Assembly (NCBI GenBank): GCA_965203055.1
Contig: OZ241863.1
Coordinates: 3,552,001-3,616,000, forward strand
Reading direction: 5' to 3'
Origin: Spirochaetia bacterium
GTDB lineage: Bacteria > Spirochaetota > Spirochaetia > SZUA-6 > Bin103
DNA: 64,000 bases
Made by a program: the position numbers and the translations under genes. The notes under the pieces are model-generated. The model ran no database searches. It was not told the origin of the DNA and saw nothing but the letters and a program-made list of their open reading frames with translations. Of the stretch, positions 50,095 through 58,319 are shown in pieces (positions within the stretch are counted from its first letter, which is position 1; each line of letters starts with the position of its first letter).

Positions 50095-50331
50095 ATGGCG
50101 GTTCGAATCTACTCCACCCCTACCTGCACGTTCTGCGATCAGCTCAAGAGCTACCTGCGCGAGCGCAGCGTGAAGTTCGTGGACTACGACGTATCGCGCG
50201 ACGAGCGCAAGGCGGGCGAGATGCTGCACAAGTCGCGCCAGACCGCGGTGCCGGTGCTGGACTTCCACGGCACCATCGTGGTCGGCTTCGACAAGCCCCG
50301 GGTCGACCGGCTCATCGCCAAGTACCGCTGA
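50095..50331 (+). CDS. Glutaredoxin-like protein (YruB/NrdH type)
   Basis: YSTPTCTFC, AVPVL, IVVGFD. Confidence 0.9.
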   Translation: MAVRIYSTPTCTFCDQLKSYLRERSVKFVDYDVSRDERKAGEMLHKSRQTAVPVLDFHGTIVVGFDKPRVDRLIAKYR

Positions 50332-50346
50332 GGGGTCACATCCGGG

Positions 50347-51951
50347 TCACATCCCCCACACGGTGACCGCAGCGCCGCCTTCCGTTTCCGCGCGGCGGAA
50401 CAGTTTTTCCTTCCACGGCGTGCCTTCGCGGCGGTCGAAGATCACCAGATGCCCTTCCGCCGAGGCGCAGCGGTCCATGTAGGCGCGGGTCTGCCGGAGA
50501 CCGTCGCGCAGGGTCAGGTCAAGGCTGCGGTGCAGCACCTTGCATTCGATGACCGCCTTCTGCATCGAACCGGCGCGGCGCCGAGTCGGCCAGAGGATCA
50601 GCAGGTCGGTGCGCATCCGGCCCAGGCCATACTCGCGCTCGATGCGCCCCCCGCTGTTGACGACGCGCTGCAGAAACGCCTGCAGCAGCAATTGGGGGCC
50701 GGCTTCCCGGTACTGGAACCGCTCCACCCAATGTTCGGAGTGCTCCCGAAAGAACTCCTGGAACGCCGCCAACAGGTCGCCCACCCGCAATTCCCCGTCG
50801 TCGCCGACGTACCAGGCGGGGTCGTGGTGGATCGACATCTCCTGGGTGGTAATAGTCAGGTCGCGCGGGATCACCTCCCGGTAGATCGGGTTGGCGATGC
50901 GCACCGGACGGTCGCGCGCGACCAGGCCCAGGTCGCGGACGTACTGCAAGTCGTCGGCAGGAATCGACTCCGCGGCTGCGGCGCCGCTCAACAGCGGCTC
51001 GATGACGCGCCGCACCCGTTCCTCCTGCAGCTTGTCGGTGAGCTGATCCAGATGTGTATCCCGGCGCAGGATCAGTTGCTCGCGCGCGTCCTGGATGGCG
51101 TCGGCCGTGACCGGCCGGGAGCGGTCGCGGCCGGCCTTGTTTCGGAAGCACGCTTCGTACGCCAGCTCGTTGACCAGCCACGGCTGCCCCTGCGTCAGCT
51201 CCCACACGCCGCGCCGCGCCTGGTCCGTGAACGCCTGGCCGGTCGCCGCGGTGTGCTGCCCCAGCAGGGAGTCGATCTCCTGCGGCGAGAAGTCCCCCAG
51301 CCGCAGGGACTCCGCCTTGATGTTGAAGGCGCTGCCGCCGGTGATGATCGCGTTCTGCGCCGTCGAACGGATGCGGTAGTCGCGCACGTCGCGCACCCCG
51401 CAGAGGATCATGCTCTGCGGAAAGCGGCGCGGGCGTTCCGGGTAAGCGGCGCGCAGTTGCCGGAGCACCGAGATGAGCGTGTCCCCGACCAGTGAATCGA
51501 TCTCGTCGATCATGAGCACCAGCGGCTTCGCGTCCGCCTCGGCCCAGCGGGACAGCACCTCGCCGAGCGCGTCGTTGGGGCCGACTTCGCCGAGAATACC
51601 CGGCCACGCCTCGGCGACGAACCGGTCGCCGAGGGCATGCCGCGCCGCGCGCGCCAGTGCGCTGAGGATGGCGCGCATCCCTTCATGGACGTGCTCCCGA
51701 GCCGCTTGGCCGACCTCTACGTCGACGTACACGCAACGGAACTCGCCGCCCGTGTTCAACCGGTCGCGCAGCGCGAGCAGCGCCGAGGTCTTGCCGGTCT
51801 GCCGCGGCGCGTGCAGGACGAAGTACTTCCACTGCCGGATGAGGAGCAGCAGCTCGTCCACGTCAACCCGCGACAGCGGCGGAACGTGATAATGTATCTC
51901 CGCTTCGACCGGACCGGCGGTATTGAAGTACCGCATAGCCTTCGTGGACAC
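50347..51951 (-). CDS. AAA-like ATPase with C-terminal PD-(D/E)xK domain
   Basis: FNTAGP, APRQTGKTS, MIDEID, SAFNI, REYGLG..RTDL..VIECK. Confidence 0.9.
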   Translation of the reverse strand: MSTKAMRYFNTAGPVEAEIHYHVPPLSRVDVDELLLLIRQWKYFVLHAPRQTGKTSALLALRDRLNTGGEFRCVYVDVEVGQAAREHVHEGMRAILSALARAARHALGDRFVAEAWPGILGEVGPNDALGEVLSRWAEADAKPLVLMIDEIDSLVGDTLISVLRQLRAAYPERPRRFPQSMILCGVRDVRDYRIRSTAQNAIITGGSAFNIKAESLRLGDFSPQEIDSLLGQHTAATGQAFTDQARRGVWELTQGQPWLVNELAYEACFRNKAGRDRSRPVTADAIQDAREQLILRRDTHLDQLTDKLQEERVRRVIEPLLSGAAAAESIPADDLQYVRDLGLVARDRPVRIANPIYREVIPRDLTITTQEMSIHHDPAWYVGDDGELRVGDLLAAFQEFFREHSEHWVERFQYREAGPQLLLQAFLQRVVNSGGRIEREYGLGRMRTDLLILWPTRRRAGSMQKAVIECKVLHRSLDLTLRDGLRQTRAYMDRCASAEGHLVIFDRREGTPWKEKLFRRAETEGGAAVTVWGM

Positions 51952-51990
51952 GTGCCGTACTGTAGCTTGTTGGCGGCCTCGGCGCTAACC

Positions 51991-52531
51991 ATGCCGCATG
52001 AGCACCTGCTGATCGACCAGACGCGGCAGAACCCGGAGACGGTGGAGGGGTCGGTGGGAGCGCGGTTGGCGCAGCTCACGATGATGGCCACGTTCCGCGA
52101 GAGGTGGGAGGAGTTGCTGGAGCAGGCGTCGCGGTTGATGGGAAGGATGTACCGCGCCGACAGGTTCGACGCGGTGGCGCTGCACGTGGAGTACGTGCTG
52201 GCGGCGCAGCCGGAGGAACGGCATCCGGCGTTCGGGGAGGTGCTACGCCGCAACGTGCCGGGCCGGGGAGGAGAACTGATGAACTACGTGGAACGGATGG
52301 TCGAGCGAGGCCGCCGGGAAGGGATGAGCAACGTGGAACGGATGGTCGAGCAGGGCCGTCAGGAAGGCCGCCAGGAAGGCGAGCTGAGGGGGCGGTTGCA
52401 AGCCGCCCAGGGATTGCTGGGCCGCGATGTCCCGTGGTCGACCATCGAGGCGGCTTACCGGCATCGACGAGGCCGCCTTCCGGCGCCTCAAGCAGCAGTT
52501 CGACGACAACGGCGCCGGTCACGCCGAATGA
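51991..52531 (+). pseudogene. Rpn/YhgA-family remnant: nuclease domain missing, frameshift near 52455
   Basis: EGRQEGRQEG-type repeats; VPWSTIEAA continues as TGIDEAAF in another frame; internal GGAGGAG-ATG 52279. Confidence 0.75.
52279..52368 (+). repeat. 45-bp imperfect tandem repeat (2 copies)
   Basis: ATGAACTACGTGGAACGGATGGTCGAG... and ATGAGCAACGTGGAACGGATGGTCGAG... Confidence 0.85.
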
Positions 52532-52597
52532 GAAGTGAGATCGGCCGAACAGGCCGCTTCAATCGTCGGCCTCCGGGGTCGTCACGCGGAGCCCTCT

Positions 52598-53941
52598 TCA
52601 GATCCGCGGCACGGCGGCCAGTTCCGTATCCCGGACCTCGGCGACGCGATGATTCCGTATCTGATGGGCGATCAACCACGACGAAACACCGAACGCCGCG
52701 GCCAGTTCGTCGATGTCGTCGACGTCCACCACCGACCGGGACACTCTTTGTCGCAGGCTGGAAGATGGCGCCAGGAACTCGGCGGCGAAGGCACGGTTGC
52801 GCTGCTGGCGCTCGGAGTACGCTCTGGTGAGGAGCGTTTCCATGCCGGGCGACGCCAACGCTTCCGCAAGGGCGCGGCAGAAGTGGAAGCGTCTGGTCTC
52901 CCCGCGGGAGAATCCCCGGAACGCGAAGGCGGGATGCCGGTCATCGTCCCGGGTGATCACGCCATCGACCAACGCCGCCTCGCCGAGGTCCACGGGGGCC
53001 GTCACGCCGGCGAGCAGCGCAGGCTCCTCGCCGATCGCTTCCGCGATTCGCGCCATGGATGGCAGCGGCGCGGCGCCCAGGTCCAGGTTGCGCCGCAGCT
53101 CCTGCGCCAACCGGTAGCCCGCTGCCCACGGAGTGGGAGCCCGCGCCGGTTCGGCAAGGAGCATCTCCCGATCGATCGAGCCGAGACGTTCCCAAAGCAG
53201 GCCATTGGCCTTCGCAAGGCCAAGCGCGTCGGTAACGGCAGCACATTCCCGCATCAGATTCTGCGCACTGAAGGCGGCGGTCGCTTCTTCGAGCGCCGCG
53301 CCGCGCAACTTGCCGGGAAGCTCCATTACGAGTGAGCGCTGGCGGTCATCCACGTCGTAGGGGTCCCAACCGAGCCGGGCCGCGGTGCTGCAGAATTCGA
53401 TCTCGTCGGCATCGGCTGCCTGAATCGCTGCCCACTCTTCCTGCAGCAACGTTCCTTCGACGCCGAGAGACAGAAGCCGCCGGATGACCCGGTCGATGAA
53501 ATCGGCGCACGCAGCGCGGACCTCGCCACTGTCCAGCCATGCCTCTCCTCCGGCGAGGAATTCGATGGAGGTCCAGGGCGAGCGATCAGGCGCCCATGCC
53601 AGACTGGTCACCCCGCCGTGCGGAACCATCCGCAGTTCCGGGAACGCATATCCCTCGCGGTCGCCGCCGATCGCGTGCCTGCGAAGAAAGCCGGGATCGC
53701 CTTCCTTCGCCGGACTTTCGATCTCGTGCATGAGAAACCACCAGTTGGCAGCCATCCACTCGGCGAACGGGTAGAGCGGCACGTACACGAAATCGCGCAC
53801 GGTTCGCGCGCGCGTGTCCAGCACGCGGGTGACGATCGAGTCGTCGACGCGAATCTCCAGCGCTGCCCGAGTAGCGGCCAGCTCGGGGCCGCGGATGCCG
53901 TCCGCATCGATCCAATCGGTCTTGAACCTAAGTCCCGGCAT
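52598..53941 (-). CDS. ImmA/IrrE (peptidase M78)-like protein lacking HEXXH
   Basis: C-terminal RRFHFCRAL..QQRNRAFAAEFLAP..LAAAFGVS..HQIRN; GAGGAG RBS. Confidence 0.75.
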   Translation of the reverse strand: MPGLRFKTDWIDADGIRGPELAATRAALEIRVDDSIVTRVLDTRARTVRDFVYVPLYPFAEWMAANWWFLMHEIESPAKEGDPGFLRRHAIGGDREGYAFPELRMVPHGGVTSLAWAPDRSPWTSIEFLAGGEAWLDSGEVRAACADFIDRVIRRLLSLGVEGTLLQEEWAAIQAADADEIEFCSTAARLGWDPYDVDDRQRSLVMELPGKLRGAALEEATAAFSAQNLMRECAAVTDALGLAKANGLLWERLGSIDREMLLAEPARAPTPWAAGYRLAQELRRNLDLGAAPLPSMARIAEAIGEEPALLAGVTAPVDLGEAALVDGVITRDDDRHPAFAFRGFSRGETRRFHFCRALAEALASPGMETLLTRAYSERQQRNRAFAAEFLAPSSSLRQRVSRSVVDVDDIDELAAAFGVSSWLIAHQIRNHRVAEVRDTELAAVPRI

Positions 53942-54332
53942 ACATCTCCTCGATTCCTTCGGGCCATTCCTTCTTGCAGAGCGGGAACCCTTTGTACGAT
54001 CCGTTTCCACGATTCACGAGCCGACCCTCAAAGACCGTCTCTCCGTGCTTGTACCACACATAACGAGGAAATCCGCCTTCCCATGGTGCCGCGGTAGCGC
54101 CTCGTCGTATGGCATCGCGCAGCCATTCGCCGACCACTTCAGGGTCCTTGATCCATCGGGGACAACATGAAGCATCGTCTCGCAAGCGCGGCGGCCCGGC
54201 GAAACTGGGGATGTCCTTGTGTTCGGGGCTCCCCACGTACGTGACGCGTGCGGCCAGACGGTCGAGGTCGACCTCCTCCGGTGGAGATTGCAACACCCTC
54301 TTTCGTGGGCGGTGGTAATGGGGAGCACGCAT
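53928..54332 (-). CDS. Small hypothetical protein, putative toxin
   Basis: YVGSPEHK, ASCCP, FPRYVW, FEGRLVN, YKGFPL; ATG 7 nt after TATGAT; overlaps the downstream gene. Confidence 0.75.
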   Translation of the reverse strand: MRAPHYHRPRKRVLQSPPEEVDLDRLAARVTYVGSPEHKDIPSFAGPPRLRDDASCCPRWIKDPEVVGEWLRDAIRRGATAAPWEGGFPRYVWYKHGETVFEGRLVNRGNGSYKGFPLCKKEWPEGIEEMYAGT

Positions 54333-54391
54333 CTTCCCGATCATACCCCAAGTAGTTCATCCAGCCGCAACCGCCGCCGGATCGCCGCTCG

Positions 54392-55876
54392 TCAGCCGCA
54401 TTGCAGCGTCATGGCAACGAACGACAGCGGCGGTAGCTGACAGGAGGCGCGGCCGGCGCGCACCCGGACCTCGAACGGCTCCGGCTTGATCAGGTCGCCC
54501 CGTTCGAATGAATTGGCCGCCTTGGCATCCGGCCCGGTCAGCGCCTCGGCGCTGCGGCAGGCGGCGATCGACACGTCGGCCGGAGCCAGGATCACGTCCG
54601 CGGCCGTGTCGACGCTGCGGTTGGTGAGAAAGAGCTGCAGCGCGCTGCCGTCGAGGATGGCGCTGGCATCGACGAACGGCACGCGGCCGTTGCTCGCGCC
54701 GGCGTAACTCGGGCCGTCCACCGCCAGTTGCAGGGCAACACCGGCGCGGCGCTTGGAGAACATCTCGAACGGATAGAAGATGCTCTGGACGAGCAGCTCG
54801 TCGCCGCGCGTCTGGATGGGGGCGATCACGTTCACGATCTGCGCGAGGTTGGCGATCTTCACCACGTCGGCATGGCGCACGAAGCTGTGCAGGAACCCGG
54901 CCACCACCAGCGCGTCCTCCAGGTTGTAGACCTCCTCGATCAAGTGGGGGGCGAACTTGCCCGCGCCGTCGGTTTGGCGGTTCTTGTACCACACGTTCCA
55001 CTCGTCGAAGCACAGGAAGGCGCGCTTGCGGCTGCGCGCTCGCGCCTGCGCAAAGCGGCAGGCCGCGTCCATCTCCTCGATCTGGCGATCTATCGACGCG
55101 GTGACCGCGAGATAGTCCGGCGTGTCGCCGTCCGGATTGCCGACGTACCGATGCAGGCTGACGTAGTCCGCCAAGCCGCCCAGGCGGGTCAGGACCTCCC
55201 GGTCCCACTCCATGTAAGTGGGCAGCCCGACGCCGCACGATCCGCATGCGACCAGTTCGATGGAGGAGTCGGCGTCCTTCATCATCTTGGCGGCCTGCCG
55301 GGCGCGGATCGCGTACTGGTCGGCCGGAACGTGGCCGAGCTGCCAGGGGCCGTCCATCTCGTTGCCCAGGCACCACAGCTTCACCGCATGCGGTTCGCGG
55401 CTGCCGTGCGCGGCGCGCAGGTCGGCGTAGCGGGTGCCCGGCGGGCAGTTGCAGTACTCGACCCAGTCGCGCGCTTCTTCCGGCGTACCGGTGCCGAGAT
55501 TGACCGTGAGCATCGGCGTCCAGCCCATGTTCCGGCACAGGCGGACGTACTCGTCGGTGCCGAACCGATTCGGCTCGATGCTCTGCCACGCCAACTCGCG
55601 CACCGTCGGGCGCCCGGCGCGCGGGCCGACACCGTCCTGCCAGTGATAGCCGGAGACGAAGTTGCCGCCCGGATAGCGCATCGCCGTCATGTTCAACCGC
55701 CGCAGCGCCGCCAGGACGTCCGCCCGGCAGCCGTCGGCATCGGCGTGGGCGCTGTCGGGATCGTAGATTCCCTGATACACCGCGCGTCCCATATGCTCGA
55801 GGAACCCGCCGAACACCCGGGGATCGACCGGTGCAATCCGAAACTTCGTGTGCGCAACGATCTTCGTAGGTTGCAA
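54392..55876 (-). CDS. abfA: Alpha-L-arabinofuranosidase (GH51)
   Basis: FLEHMGRAVY, RYPGGNF, WCLGNEMDGPWQ, FDEWNVW, AQIVNVIAP; TTG start after AAGGAG. Confidence 0.95.
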   Translation of the reverse strand: MQPTKIVAHTKFRIAPVDPRVFGGFLEHMGRAVYQGIYDPDSAHADADGCRADVLAALRRLNMTAMRYPGGNFVSGYHWQDGVGPRAGRPTVRELAWQSIEPNRFGTDEYVRLCRNMGWTPMLTVNLGTGTPEEARDWVEYCNCPPGTRYADLRAAHGSREPHAVKLWCLGNEMDGPWQLGHVPADQYAIRARQAAKMMKDADSSIELVACGSCGVGLPTYMEWDREVLTRLGGLADYVSLHRYVGNPDGDTPDYLAVTASIDRQIEEMDAACRFAQARARSRKRAFLCFDEWNVWYKNRQTDGAGKFAPHLIEEVYNLEDALVVAGFLHSFVRHADVVKIANLAQIVNVIAPIQTRGDELLVQSIFYPFEMFSKRRAGVALQLAVDGPSYAGASNGRVPFVDASAILDGSALQLFLTNRSVDTAADVILAPADVSIAACRSAEALTGPDAKAANSFERGDLIKPEPFEVRVRAGRASCQLPPLSFVAMTLQCG

Positions 55877-55969
55877 AGCCTTCTCCTTCAAGGTCTCAAG
55901 CTGACCGTCGTTCCTCCCGGTGCGGAGGAGAGGCACCGGGTGGGGTTCGACCGCCGGCCGGAGACAGAT

Positions 55970-56860
55970 TCATCCAGCCGTAACCGCCACCGGCGCGGAC
56001 TCATCTTCGCCGCCTCCGGTGTCCGGCTCCAAAGCCTCATGCAGCATCGCGTCGAGCATGCGGCGGCGGGTATCTTCCATAGTGACGAGGAGCTCCTCCA
56101 GCCGGTCGCACAAGGCCATCAATTCGTCCACTCTGGCGACGATGCGGCGCTGCTCGAAGAGGGGCGGGAGTGGGAAAGGAGAGTTGGCGAAATACTCGGC
56201 CGGCACCCGTTTCTGCCCCGCGGTACCGGTCATCTTCGGTATTCCGGCTTCGATGAAGTACGGGCACTTTAAGAACAGTACGACATACCTCGGATCGACG
56301 AACAGGGGCCGGACAATGTGCAACTCCGTAGTACCGCTCCCCAGCCCGCCGGCCAAGTTCCGAAAGACCGTCGATTTCCCGTTCTCGAAACAGGGAGTGA
56401 TCTTCGCCAGTCCGACATCACCCTCGGCGAAGTGCGTGTAGCCGCTCCTGATTTCGGCCCACCGCCTGATTTCGTGACGATGCGGCGCCCCATATTCGGA
56501 CGCGATCATCGACATCGGAACGAAAGACGCCTGAACGTCGTCCGGTGCGTGGTTGCGCGGACTGAGCACGCCGATCTCGGCAACCTGACTCCAAGCCCAA
56601 TTCACCGGCAAGATGAATGGCATCTCCTCTCGCGATAATCCTCGTAACGGTTTCTGCCTCCTGATTTCTCTCGCCTCAACCAGCCGATTCTTTTCCTTTG
56701 TGATGAGTTTCAGCAGCTCGGAAGCAGGTTCGTCGTTCGGGTCCTGCGGGACCAGTTTGCCGCGCACGGCCAGATCGAGGATGAAGCGGCGCAGGCGTTG
56801 CACGGCGTCGGGCGTGTCCACGACCGCATCGAAGTGGGCGAGCAGACGGTGCGCGTTCAT
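55970..56860 (-). CDS. hsdS: Type I R-M specificity subunit, half-size (single TRD)
   Basis: ILDLAVRGKLVPQDPNDEPASELL, one TRD (AKITPCFENGK..GTAGQKRV), PLPPLFEQRRIV; 296 aa; ATGA overlap with hsdM. Confidence 0.9.
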   Translation of the reverse strand: MNAHRLLAHFDAVVDTPDAVQRLRRFILDLAVRGKLVPQDPNDEPASELLKLITKEKNRLVEAREIRRQKPLRGLSREEMPFILPVNWAWSQVAEIGVLSPRNHAPDDVQASFVPMSMIASEYGAPHRHEIRRWAEIRSGYTHFAEGDVGLAKITPCFENGKSTVFRNLAGGLGSGTTELHIVRPLFVDPRYVVLFLKCPYFIEAGIPKMTGTAGQKRVPAEYFANSPFPLPPLFEQRRIVARVDELMALCDRLEELLVTMEDTRRRMLDAMLHEALEPDTGGGEDESAPVAVTAG

Positions 56861-58314
56861 CGGGTCAGCGCGCCGGCCAGCATCGCCTTCAACCGGTCGC
56901 GGACGGTCGCCGCCTCCGCCTCGGCGGCGGTCAACTCGGCCAGCAACGTCTCGGGATCGCCATGGTCGTCGTCGCGCGTATGCGGGTTCTTGACGTCGAG
57001 GTTGTAGCCTCTCGCCTTCACTTCCTCGGCGGTCACCTTCCAGGCGCGTTCGGTCTCGGTGCGGCCGCGGCGTTCCGGCCCGCCCCACCAGTCGATGCAG
57101 CCTTGCAGATGTTCCAGGCGGATCGGCCGCGTCATGGAATAGGCTTTCTGACCGGCGGGAACCAAGTGCTCGTAGAACCAGAGGTCGCGGGTCGGCTCGC
57201 CCTTCTCGAAGAACAGCAGGTTGGTGCCGATCGAGGCGTAGGGGCGGAACACGGAATTGGGCAGGCGCACGATGGTGTGCAGGTCGCACTCCGCCATCAG
57301 GTGTTCCTTGAGGCGCGTCTTGACACCTTCGCCGAACAGCGATCCGTCCGGCAGCACTACCGCGGCGCGCCCGCCCGGTTTCAGCAGGCGGACGATGAGC
57401 GCCAGAAACAGATCCGCGGTCTCCTTGGTGCGGAAGTGGGCGGGAAAGTTGCTCTCGATGCCGTCCTCCTCCTTGCCGCCGAACGGCGGATTGGTGAGCA
57501 CGACGTCGACCCGATCGCTCCGCTCCCAACTGACGTAGGGACGGGCCAGCGAGTTGTCGTGGCGCACGAAGCCGGGCTCCGCGATGCCGTGCAGCAGCAT
57601 GTTGGTGACGCACAGCATGTGCGGAAGCTGCTTCTTCTCCACTGCGCGCAGCGCGCCCTGCATGGTCGGTTCGTCGTCCGGCCGCTTGACGTAGCGCTCG
57701 CGCATGTGGCGCAGGGCGCAGGTCAGGAAGCCGCCGGTGCCGCAGGCGGGATCGAACAGCACTTCGCCGGGCCGGGGGTCGATGCGGTCGACCATGAAGG
57801 CGGTGACGGCGCGCGGCGTATAGTACTCGCCGGCGTTGCCCGCCGATTGCAGGTCGTTGAGCAACTGTTCGTAGATGTCGCCGAAGTGCTGGCGGTCGGT
57901 CAGGTCGTTGAAGTCGATGCCGTTGATCCGGTTGACCACCTGCCGCATCAGGTGGCCGGACTTCATGTAGTTGTAGGCATCCTCGAACACGTCGCGCACC
58001 ACGCGGCGGCGGCCGCCGCCCGCTCCCGCTGCCGGCAGCTCCTTCAGCGACGGAAACAGGTCCGCGTTGACGAAGTCGAGCAGCGCTTCGCCGGTGATCC
58101 CTTCCGGGTCCGCGGCCCAGGCACTCCACCGGTACCGACTGGGGATCGGTGATTCGTAGCCGTCACGGATCAGTTCCAGCTCCTGGTCCTGATCGTCGAT
58201 GATCTTGAGGAAGAACATCCAGCACAGTTGGCTGATGCGCTGCGCGTCGCCGTCGATACCGGTGTCCTGGCGCATGATGTCCTGGATCGACTTGATGTGA
58301 GTGCGCACCGACAT
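56857..58314 (-). CDS. hsdM: Type I R-M methyltransferase subunit
   Basis: IKSIQDIMRQD, GEYYTPR, DPACGTGGF, TNPPFG. Confidence 0.96.
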   Translation of the reverse strand: MSVRTHIKSIQDIMRQDTGIDGDAQRISQLCWMFFLKIIDDQDQELELIRDGYESPIPSRYRWSAWAADPEGITGEALLDFVNADLFPSLKELPAAGAGGGRRRVVRDVFEDAYNYMKSGHLMRQVVNRINGIDFNDLTDRQHFGDIYEQLLNDLQSAGNAGEYYTPRAVTAFMVDRIDPRPGEVLFDPACGTGGFLTCALRHMRERYVKRPDDEPTMQGALRAVEKKQLPHMLCVTNMLLHGIAEPGFVRHDNSLARPYVSWERSDRVDVVLTNPPFGGKEEDGIESNFPAHFRTKETADLFLALIVRLLKPGGRAAVVLPDGSLFGEGVKTRLKEHLMAECDLHTIVRLPNSVFRPYASIGTNLLFFEKGEPTRDLWFYEHLVPAGQKAYSMTRPIRLEHLQGCIDWWGGPERRGRTETERAWKVTAEEVKARGYNLDVKNPHTRDDDHGDPETLLAELTAAEAEAATVRDRLKAMLAGALTR

Positions 58315-58319
58315 GGCTG

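Noticed and set aside
51637..52830. Intact 397-aa protein
   Set aside because: Composite of antisense AAA-gene sequence, the Rpn remnant and post-frameshift read-through.
56861..58129. 719-aa HsdS or HsdM-HsdS fusion
   Set aside because: The upstream part is an off-frame shadow of hsdM; HsdS homology begins at ATG 56860.
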